Below are positions 48,601 through 60,600 of a stretch of 64,000 bases of DNA, in pieces (positions within the stretch are counted from its first letter, which is position 1; the number at the start of each line of letters is the position of its first letter). The stretch is from assembly GCA_964035545.1 (NCBI GenBank), contig OZ037769.1, forward strand, positions 15,778,633-15,842,632. Direction: 5' to 3'. Source of the DNA: Bugula neritina (lineage: Eukaryota > Animalia > Bryozoa). Both the position numbers and the translations under genes were made by a program. A model generated the notes under the pieces. The model was not told where the DNA came from. It did no database searches and saw only the letters and a list, made by a program, of their open reading frames with translations.

Positions 48601-51600
48601 AGAAACGTTACACAATGAGCTCTAGCTGTTATTTGTGATGTCACTGCAGGCATTCACAGACACTGGTTAGTGTAGATCTCAATGGGAAGGACTACAAGGA
48701 ATATTTTGCCTACTTTACGTGGTATTTAGACGGGCAGAAACTTGGCTATACGGCACAGCCTCACGTGAGTGTATTTAGTAATATATAATATACAGCAGTG
48801 TGTATACATGTAGTATATATAGTAGTATATAATATACAATAGTGTGTATAATATTTTATTAGTTTGTATATATTACAATATTATGCTTTATATTATATGA
48901 TATTACTGTTTAATAGTTTTGTACATTACATTGTATATTATGCGGCATTATATTTCTTTATAATGTTATATATTATGTTTGTGTACTTCACAGTTTCTCT
49001 ACCAGATGACGCAGGAGAGAACGTATAGCCTTAGAGTTGTGGTTACAAATCACTGGGGTAGTCGGGAGGCTGACTGCCAGCTCCTATCCGTCAGACCTCT
49101 CATAGAGTTGGAGGTGAGGCTATGCACATTGCAGCACTAGAAACCTGAAGTTTGTGTTTTACTAGTGGTTTGCCATATTCATTCTGTGGCAGCTTCAATA
49201 GGTTGTGTTTAAATAGTTTATATGTTTGTTCAATTGATAGTTTAAAACCTGTTATCTCGTTGCCACATTTCCCACATTTGTCTCTATACTTGATAAGTGT
49301 GGCTAGGTTAAAGGAATAATTAATTGTATCTAAGGAGTTATCTCCCTTGTTTACTGCATCTGCCTAGGTGCTGCCGACTCCCGTACACAAGCTGACAGAG
49401 TCCAAACTCCTCCAGACACACCAACCCACCACGCTGACTATCTTGGTACACGGTCCGGAGACGCTGTCTAACCTCTCTGTGAACTACGGCGACGGCAGCA
49501 GTGAGCTCTACACTGCTGACTACATCCCTCGGCTCAACTGGAGATAGTAAGTTGTGTATCTCCATGATCAGTATATGAGTGACTGTGTCAGGTGAGTGTG
49601 ACAGGTGAGTGTGACAGATGACAGGTGAGTGTGATAGATGACAGGTGAGTGTGACAGGTGAGTGTGACAGGGGAGTGTGACAGGGAAGTGTGACAGGTGA
49701 GTTTGACAGGTGACAGGTGAGTTTGACAGGTGACAGGTGAGCGTGACAGATGACAGGTGACTGTGACAGGTGACTGTGGCAGGTGACAGGTGAGTGTGAC
49801 AGGTGATAGCAGGAGCTCTAATGTGAAACATTTCAGAATGCTTAGTTTTACCATTTGAGTCAATTCATCTCTAATAAAATGCACATATAGAGTGTTCAGT
49901 GTACAAAGGGAAGGGGTGTGTGAAGGGGTGTGTGAAGGAGAGGAACCAATCAGCTGTCAGATATAGCTAATCCTTGAACTCTGACCTTAGTCCACAGTAA
50001 AAGTACCAAGTAGTTTATAATATGTAGTTCTTTCTACTGTGTAATAACAGGTGATGTACTATAGTTGGTAAGTTGCTGTGTTCAATCTAACTCCACTTTT
50101 CACACTTATGTTTGAAATGTTAATTATTTAATATCTTAACGTTTAGTTGTTTATTTAGTGTTTTATTAGAAGGTGTAGAGAAAGTGGTGGGTAGGTGGGG
50201 GTATATAGAAGAGTTTATGGGTAGTTTTTGAGTAGATCTTGTTGGTAGGGTTTAGGGGTAGACACAGGGGTTGAGAGGGGAGGATGAAGTTCAGAAATAG
50301 AAAGTCGAAAGATTTATAATGTGATTGGAAAATGAATCAGATGGTTAGGAAGTGTGCTTTCTCTAATTGTGTGACTTATGCTGAGCTAGTTTGTGACACT
50401 GAGATAGTATGTGACACTAAGATAGTATGTGACACCCTGTTGTGAAGGTTGTGTTGTGACTAACACTCTCACTGACTGGAGACAGGAAATATTTGTATTC
50501 AATAGCCCAAGTTCTTAGTGACTGTGTGGTTTGTTGTAGTGTGGACCCCTCCCACAATTCCATCACATTAGAACACGACTACACACAGGACATCCAGTAC
50601 AAAGTGGAAGTCTCCGCCTCCACGGCTGAGGAAACTCGTACAGCTACCGGCATTGTGTACAGGTAATACCTACACTGTGTACAGGTAATACCTACAATGT
50701 GTACAGGTAATACCTACACTGTATACAGGTAATACCTACATAGTATACAGGTAATGCCGGTACTGTGTACAGGTAATACCTACAGTGTATACAGGTGTGT
50801 TGTGATAAAGCTGTTTGTGACTGAAGTTGCCTTCCCCTGTTGCAGGAGTGTAGCTGGAATACACCATAGAATAATAGGGAAGCCGCACTACCAGGTGAAC
50901 TACGAGGAGGGCGACACAGCTGTGCTGATGACGGAGGTGGAGTCAGGAGATTATCTCTCCTTTGATTGGTCCTCAGATACTTCCCTCCAAGTCATAGAAA
51001 CGTTAGTGTCTCTAGCTGTGAATAGTGGTGCTCTTCAAGTGTTGAAATCTGGCATTGTTGAGTCTTTGCGAAGCGCTGTCGTGATTATTGCTGCTGCCAG
51101 CGTCTGTGAGGTGCTGTCGAACTGAGTCATTGGTGTGATGGAATGACTAATAGCTGATGGTCTCAGTGTGATTGGTTGCAGTATGTGTGTGTTATATGAT
51201 GAGGTGTTATTTATCTATATCTAGTTAAATATTTATACTTTGTTAGATCAACTCTACAGTAGCTCATTTATTTCCACAGGTTCAACTCAAAGTGATTGAG
51301 TTCACAATCAATATAGTATATACAGCTGTTCAACATTTAGTTACACCCATAGTATTTACTCACTCACTCACTCACTCACTCACTCACTCACTCACTCACT
51401 CACTCACTCACTCACTCACTCACTCACTCACTCACTCACTCACTCACTCACTCACTCAGTCACTCAGTCACTCAGTCACTTATTTGGTTGTGTTCAGGAC
51501 TGCCAACTACTCGAAGGCCAGAGTGATGTTTGAGAAGCTGGGAAGGCCAAACATCTTCTGTAAGATTCTACACCCGGCGTATCCAGACGGGATCCAGGTG

Positions 51601-54600
51601 GACTTTGGCGAGCTGGCTCTGGTGGTCATCACGCCAGCTGACCTGGCTGTGCAGGCATTAGTCAATGGCAAGGAGGTGAACACTGTTCAGCTTGAGGGGC
51701 ACCCAGTCCTCGTCACCTTCCGGCTCAAGTATGTTGAGAACACAGTCTGTTTCTAGGATCGTATCCCGTGAAGTCGGTACTAATAAGATATTCGAGTTGA
51801 GAGTTGTCTTCTCAGTTACAATTTTTATTGAGAGTTATCTGCTCACAGGTAGTTGTATTGAGAGTTATCTACTCACAGGTAGTTATATTGAGAGTTATCT
51901 ACTCACAGGTACCTGTATGGCCCGAATGGAACACAAGTCTTGCTCTACGATGATGTACACAAGATTCACGCCGAGACAGTTGGACTCTGTCCGGACAGCA
52001 TCTTTCTGATTGTGTGTGAGGCTTCCATCAGCGACACGTTCACCAAAGGTGAAGGTCACATTGTCTTTGTATATTAATGTGAATCTTATCATATTTCTGA
52101 GTTCATTTAGGAGTTGTTTTCCTGGAGAGAGACAGTGACTGCTATAGTAATAGGCATTGTAGTTGTCCATAGACGTGCAAACATTGCATTTCAGTTATTT
52201 CACTGAAATAGTTGGTTTCAAGTAATTCACCCAAGTAATTAGTTTCAAGTAATTCACTTACTCAAGTTTCACTTGTATCTATTTGTTAAGGTCTTTTTAC
52301 AATGTCAGAGTAATAGCGTAAGTTTCTTCTAGGAGTTCGGTTTGTGGAGTTCTAGTCATCATTAACTATGTTACTTTGTTATATAATTATATTAGTATTT
52401 TATATAATTAAATTACTTTATTATATAATTATAATGTTATACTATATAATATGTTATTTTATTATATAATTATGATAATATTTTGTGACTATATTATTGT
52501 TTTAGTATATCATTTCCATTATTGTTCTGTTTTGTTATATTTACTATCTCTTTTGTTTATTGAACATACACTGTTATTGTTACTCATATTAGTCTGTATT
52601 AAGTTGGCACATGTACTGATATATTTCAGCTGGTAGATACAACATCACCATGAGTGTTGCTGTCGGCAATGAGGTTGAGGCAGCGTCTACCGTCCTCACC
52701 ATTCTGCCTCCAACTAACGTCCTGCGATTTCTCAATCCTCATCGAGTGATTTCAGATCTTCCTGTCTTCTACTTCCCCTTTGGAGACATGGTGAGTACTA
52801 AGCATTGGAATATCAATATTCATAATAACTACAGTGATTGTGAAGTTGTAATAGATATAAGGAGTTTTCCTATCTTGAGTTGGATAATTTCCAATAGCTT
52901 TCACTTATATTGTATGACATGAACTTTATAGTCTGTTAAGGTGCTCTGTATGTATGCGTTGAGTTTGGATTATGTTAATACAGCTCACCTTCTGTGTCTC
53001 AGCATGTCTCAGCGTTTCTCAACATATCTCAACATGTCTCAGCATGTCTCAACATGTCTCAGCATGTCTCAACAAATTACAGTGAATACCTGTAGTTGTG
53101 TCACCACTGACTGTTACTCTCTTTAATACTGGAGACTAAACTTAGCTTGTGTTCCAGGCAACACTGTCCCTGCAGTTTGAGACGGCTGTGCTCACTAACA
53201 ACACGGTCCGATACAGCTGTTTGTTTGGAGACCAGGCCCAGGAGATCACCGTAGACACCGGCACCACCCTCAACGTCTCGCACAAGTATATGTCCACCAG
53301 GGAGGCCGGATTCAACGTGTTTGTGAAGGCGACCAGTGCGGGTGTCACTGTCAACGCTTCGGCCAGAGTGATTATATACAAACCCATTCAGCGTAAGCGA
53401 TTGTTTGGCTGTTGATCTGTGCAGCTAACTGCGCTTAGAGAAGGTCCAATGTGCTTCTCCATGTGATAAGGAAGGGGCGTGTGCTTCACCCACCTCTGTG
53501 TACTGAATTCAACTTAGGAACTTAGCAACTTGAGTACTTAGCATTTGTGATACTATTTATTTTGTCTGTAAAATTATATTATTTTGCTATTAATAATTGT
53601 CAAGTACTATACTACCTGTTATATGCATTACAATTAAATGTTATATACTAAACTCCAAACACTGTAGTGTGTTGGTAGGTGTGGAGTCGTCTACTCTACC
53701 CTAAACTGTGTGTTGGTAGGCGTGTAGTTGTCTGCTTTACTCTAAACTGTGTGTTGATAGGCGTGGAGTTGTCTACTTTACTCCAATCTGTGTGTTGGTA
53801 GGCGCGGAGTTGTCCACTTTACTCTAAACTGTGTGTTGGTAGGCGTGGAGTTGTCTGCTTTACTCTTAACTGTGTGTTGGTAGGCGTGGAGTTGTCTACT
53901 TTACTCTAAACTGTGTGTTGGTAGGCGTGGAGTTGTTGGCCAAAGGTCAAGGCTGGACAGAGAACAATCAGGGAATCATTCACTTCACACCCGACCAAGT
54001 GGAGAATGGACTGCTGCTGGAGCTGAGAGTTGAGCCCGAGGACACACCATTTAGTAGCTGTCACATCTTGAAGGGGGAGGTGCCCGGGTCTTCCATTGTC
54101 AAGTCTTTCCTTCCGGAAAACTCCAACATCTCTATGTTCTATTATGATCACACTTTCACTAATTTCCAACAGAAAGGGGTGAATCCTAGGTGAGTATAGC
54201 AGACTGTGGGAAATACCGAGCAGTATGCTTAGTGTTGTCTTCTCTAAATGAAGTCTGAAATATAGCTATTATGTAAAAAAAGAAATATAAAAGTTAAAGT
54301 AGTTGATCAAATGTTTGTATTGTCTGTCTGAAAGTATTTATCAAACTGCTTCAAGTTTTCTACAAGTTATTAACATATGACTGTCTCTTTCAATGTAAAC
54401 ATTGTACCCAGTGGTTCAAGTCCGGAGAAGATGGGGGCTACTGCATACCCCCGACTATGACCACTGGTCGCGCCTATGACAGAGAAAGTAATGGGCATAA
54501 ATTTCTTTTAACAGGAAGTTGATCGTATCGGCCATGTGCAGAGAGGCCCGCCCCCAGGATACTCCAGCCAATGACGTGTTTTCTAACCCCCTGAATGTGT

Positions 54601-57600
54601 ATGCCACGCCCCCCATCCAGTCACTGAAATACGTTCTCAACTCGTGAGTTGTGTTCTCGCTCTTGTAGTCCAGGCAATGCTGTGTTTATTATACATTAAA
54701 TCTATTTTAAAGTTATCTCCTCTTTTTCAAACTTATGTCTGGTTTAAGGTTTTAGTTCTCTCAGTTTATTTGTTTCTGTTATGAAAGGTTTCATGTTGCG
54801 TTGAGTAATTATGTTGTGGAAGTTTAGATTCAGTTGTAGGCTGATAAAATTATTTAGAATGTTCTGGAAATATTGATGAATCCAGTATTTCGTACAGTTT
54901 TTGTGGGGCGTATTGTAGACCCCCCACACATAGCATGCGTGTTGGTCAGAACCTGACCTTCATATGCTTTGGTCCTCAGTCTGGGACTCACTATATTCAC
55001 TATCTGGACGGAGAGAAGGTGGAGGAAGGCATCGACCAATCATTCTTAGTGTTTCTCCCTCAAACGTAAGTCCCGCCCTCTTATTACTTTCTAGCAGTCT
55101 GTATTGAGGTAGTATATCTTCAGCTCAGCAGTTCTGAATTCAGTATAAGTATTTGTATTTCTTGTTAATGATTGATTTAAGTATTTAAATAGTATTACAG
55201 TACTAGATGTGTTCACGTGGCCTTGGAAGGCGTATTGTATACACTATTAGACACATATTCTATACAAATTATACGCATAAACTATATACTATTATACGCA
55301 TTTTGTATACGCTATTCCAGAGAGAGGATATACAATCTAACTTGTGTGGCCAACAACGGCATCAATGAGATGAGTCACACTTCCCTGCTGCCGATACTCA
55401 ACCAGACCTGCTTCGTCAGTCTGGATATTCGCCCAAAGACGACCAAACTTAGTGAAACCTCTTCCTGGTTCCGCTCGGAGGCCGTGACGCTGCAGGCTGC
55501 TTTCCAGAGAGAAGTTTGTTCTGTGAGTATGCAGTCTGCTGATACACGCAGACGTACATAGTTATATGCAGCACTCTGCAGACGTACATAGCTATATGCA
55601 GCACTCTGTAAGCGTACATAGCTATATGCAGCACTCTGCAGGCGTACATAGTTATATGCAGCACTCTGCAGACGTACATAGTTATATGCAGCACTCTGCA
55701 GGCGTACATAGTTATATGCAGCACTCTGCAGGCGTACATAGCTATATGCAGCATTCTGTAGGCGTACAGAGTTATATGCAGCACTCGATAAGCGTACATA
55801 GAGTTATATGCAGCACTCGATAAGCGTACATAGAGTTATATGCAGCACTCTATAAGCGTACATAGAGTTATATGCAGCACTCTGTAGGCGTACATAGTTA
55901 TATGCAGCACTCTATAAGCGTACATAGCTATATGCAGCACTCTGTAGGCGTACATAGCTATATGCAGCACGTTGATAGAATGCATGCATATCAATTATTG
56001 GCTTGTGCTTAGTTTTGAAAAAGGGTGCTTGGCAATTAAATGTATATTTATGGAATTGTATCATTCACAAATACATATTATGTCAAGAGTTGGCACTTAC
56101 ACTTTTAAACTTACCACAGATCTATGTTGTTGTATATTGTATTCCCTGTAGAGTAAGAACTTTCAGCTCTCCTGGGTTATTACTAACATGGCTGATGATA
56201 GAATAGTGAGGGGGCTTGACCTACCACCCGTAGATGACTTGTTTCTACCACCAAGAACTCTGGCTGTCGGCAACTACACGGCAACTTTTAAAGTTAGTCG
56301 GCGCTAGCATTTAATATCATATGACTTTATATATAATGTATTAATTATAGTATAATATAATATACTCATCACTGTATGTTACTCTACTACTCACCACTGT
56401 ATATTACTGTACTACTCACTACTGTATATTACTGTACTACTCACTACTGTATGTTACTCTACTACTCACTACTGTATGTTACTATACTACTCACTACTGT
56501 ATGTTACTCTACTACTCCCTACTGTATGTTACTCTACTACTCACTACTGTATGTTACTGTACTACTCACTACTGTATGTTACTCTACTACTCACTACTCT
56601 ATGTTACTGTACTACTCACCACTGTATGTTACTCTACTACTCACCACTGTATGTTACTCTACTACTCACTACTGTATGTTACTCTACTACTCACTACTGT
56701 ATGTTACTCTACTACTCACTACTCTATGTTACTGTACTACTCACTACTCTATGTTACTCTACTACTCACTACTGTATGTTACTATACTACTCACTACTGT
56801 ATGTTACTATACTACTCACTACTGTATGTTACTCTACTACTCACTACTGTATGTTACTCTACTACTCACTACTGTATGTTACTATACTACTCTCTACTGT
56901 ATGTTACTCTACTACTCTCTACTGTATGTTACTCTACTACTCACTACTGTATGTTACTCTACTACTCACTACTGTATGTTACTCTACTACTCACTACTGT
57001 ATGTTACTCTACTACTCACTACTGTATGTTACTCTACTACTCACTACTGTATGTTACTCTACTACTCACTACTGTATGTTACTCTACTACTCACTACTGT
57101 ATGTTACTCTACTACTCACTACTGTATGTTACTCTACTACTCACTACATCTGATGTATTGCAGGTGTCCATCCCTGACACTGTGTTTGAGCAGACCGCCT
57201 CTCTCTCTTTCACTATATTGAAGACTCCATTCAGAGCTGTTATTCAAGGGGGTGAGCAGCCTACACCCCTTATATCCCCTCAAGTTTTAACTACACCCCT
57301 TATATCCCCTCAAATTTCTACTACATGTATACTATACCGTATACATCATGTGTATAACATACTATACATACTACAGGTGTATAATATACTATACATACTA
57401 CAGGTGTATAATATACTGTACATACTACAGGTGTGTAATATACTATACATACTACAGGTGTATAATATACTGTACATACTACAGGCGTATAATATACTAT
57501 ACATACTGCAGGTGTATAATATACTGTACATACTACAGGTGTATAATATACTATATATACTACAGGTGTAGGTAGAAAGATAGACCTGACCATTCCACAG

Positions 57601-60600
57601 CTCATAGAACTGGATGGGTCGGACTCACTCGACCCGGACTGCAGTACTGACTGTAGAGATCAGTTGGAGTATATCTGGGCCTGCAACGTGCTCAAACAGT
57701 TTGACCGACCTTGCTTTAAGGGCCGCCTACAGTACGTCCCTTACTTTACTACTCAGCCCTGTGCTAGAAAATACTTTACTATAATTATTATTATATAAGA
57801 TATGTTATAATCGTTAGCCCTTGTTCCTTAAGATTGTCATAGTAGAGGATAACATTGTGTTAATTAAGTGCTTAGAGCTCAGTCTGTGTTTAGGGGAGAC
57901 ATAGAGTTTGCCAAGGGGAAGATAACTCAAGTCAACACCTCAGACGTTGTTGAAGGGGTTCTCGGGCTAAACTTTGTTCTCGTCGTCTTCAAAGGAAACG
58001 AGTCGGTCGTAGCCAATCAGGTTTGGGATCACGTCAGCTTTGGATTTGCGTCAGGATCACATACTCTTAAGTAAGTCACATGCTGTGAGACAAGGATAGA
58101 GTTTAGAGGTCATTGTTTTTGTTGTGCGCTTGGTAAATGTGTCACTACTGATGTGACACACGTGACAGGTGAGTAATGTATGTGACACACGTGACAGGTA
58201 AGTAGTGTATGTGACACACGTGACAGGTAAGTAGTGTATGTGACACACGTGACAGGTAAAAAGTGTATGTGACACATGACAGGTAAGTAGTGTATGTGAC
58301 ACACGTGACAGGTAAGTAGTGTATGTGACACATGTGACAGGTAAGTAGTGTATGTGACACACGTGACAGGTAAGTAGTGTATGTGACAGCCTTTGTATCA
58401 ACATTTCCTGTTTTATTTCTCTCAACTGTTGAACTCTCTACGTCTGCAGGTCCAACGCAATCTGTAAGACTTGCACAGACGGTCTGGATTATCTCTCCTC
58501 TCCAAGCAGACAGGTTGTGCTGGACGCTGCCTGCCCTCCTTCGGCAACTGACTGTGCTGCCGTGAAGTACAGCTGGCAGCTGTTCAACCTGCCGGAGTCC
58601 ACCGCTGTCCAGCTCATACCGAAACCACACTGTAGCGTCGTCGAGGCTCGCCGGGTGCAGACGTCTGCTGACTCAGCTATAACCTCTTCACCCACATGTA
58701 CGTCTGCTGCTTTATAAACCTTCTGTGAAAATAGACTGTGTTCTTCTGTGAACATAGACTGTGTTCTTCTGTGAACATAGACTGTGTTCTTCTGTGAACA
58801 TAGACTGTGTCCTTCTGTGAACATAGACTGTGTCCTTCTGTGAACATAGACTGCGTTCTTCTGTGAACATAGACTGTGTTCTTCTGTGAACATAGACTGT
58901 GTTCTTCTGTGAACATAGACTGTGTTCTTCTGTGAACATAGACTGTGTTCTTCTGTGAACATAGACTGTGTTCTTCTGTGAACATAGACTGTGTTCTTCT
59001 GTGAACATAGACTGTGTCCTTCTGTGAACATAGACTGTGTTCTTCCGTGAACATAGACTGTGTTCTTCTGTGAACATAGACTGTGTTCTTCTGTGAACAT
59101 AGACTGTGTTCTTCTGTGAATATAGACTGTGTTCTTCTGTGAACATAGACTGTGTCCTTCTGTGAACATAGACTGTGTTCTTCTGTGAACATAGACTGTG
59201 TTCTTCTGTGAACATAGACTGTGTTCTTCTGTGAACATAGACTGTGTTCTTCTGTGAACATAGACTGTGTTCTTCTGTGTCCTTCTGTTTTGGACTGGGT
59301 TTAGGGCCGCCAATTATTTGTTTAACTTTGAATATATTTGAAGTAGAGTTGAGCGTTTTGAAAATTATTGATTAGCCAGTTAGCGTAGTAGTGTGTAATG
59401 TTTGTTAGCGTGTCTTGTAGCCACTGTTGCCACGACAACACCACCTACTCTCTCACCGACCACTACTCTGACGACTCTGGCGGCGGGTGGCTTTGGGGGA
59501 GGATTTCTTCAACCTACTGAGGAGGAGACAGACGAGGAAGGTAACGTGTATAGTATAACTCTGGTAGTCTTGAGTGCAACTCTGGTAGTCTAGAGTACGA
59601 CTCTGGTAGTCTTGAGTACGACTCTGGTAGTCTTGAGTACGACTCTGGTAGTCTTGAGTACAACTCTGGTAGTCTTGAGTACGACTCTGGTAGTCTTGAG
59701 TGCAACTCTGGTAGTCTTGAGTACGACTGAATAATATTCTGGTCTAACTCTGCTGCGCTTAGAGATCTTCTGTCTATATGAATATCTTCTGTGTCCTGTT
59801 TCCTGCTACATGCATTTCATGTCGAGTTTTCCATGAGTTCTTACCAAATCTCTCTTGCTGATTGTTTCAGGAGCTGTGAGACCGAGTCACGACTTCTATC
59901 TGCCAGAGGAGGGAGGTTCAGGCACAGATTTCATCCCGATTGAGCTGGGAGAAGGCGGCCTTTCTACCACCCGGTCGTCAATATATGATGGCGTTGACTT
60001 TACGGACCCCTTTCTCTTTGGAGGTAACTCCACCCCTTGTTCTAGTGTTTCTACACTCCTTGGTATACTGTCTCCGCTCCTTTTTATACTGTCTACACTC
60101 TTTTTTATAGTAGTCTCCACTCCTTGTTATAGTAGCTCAGCATGTAATATATGTATTGGTAAATTGTCAACAAACACCTCACTCGAGTGATTTTAATTTT
60201 GCATCATGTTTCTGGTGACTTGGTACTTTCTACTCAAATTTGTAAAATATCAGAAATTATGAGAGTTGTCTGCTTTTACTTACATATTGTAATGGTGAAA
60301 CAACTCCTAGTAGTGTATGGGATATTGTATCATCTCTAGTCTAGATCTCATTGCATCTAAATATACATTAATACTTTCTATCACTTTTACTGTCAATAGC
60401 GTAATTCCAAACTTTCACGTATATTTGCTGGTATTACTTTATATCTACACTATTATTAATGTGCCCTAGAATTTTATTTACTTGTGTAACTCTTAAAATT
60501 TAACTGCCGTGGTGTAGATATTATGGTACAGATATCACGGTGTAGATGTCATGGTGTAAATGTCATGGTGTAGATATCCTGGTGTAGATATCGTGGTGTA

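Noticed and set aside
56376-59313. Long repetitive ORFs (LLYYSLLYV, MFTEEHSLCSQK etc.)
   Set aside because: Stop-free minisatellites in PKD1L1 introns that are open in multiple frames; no protein signal.
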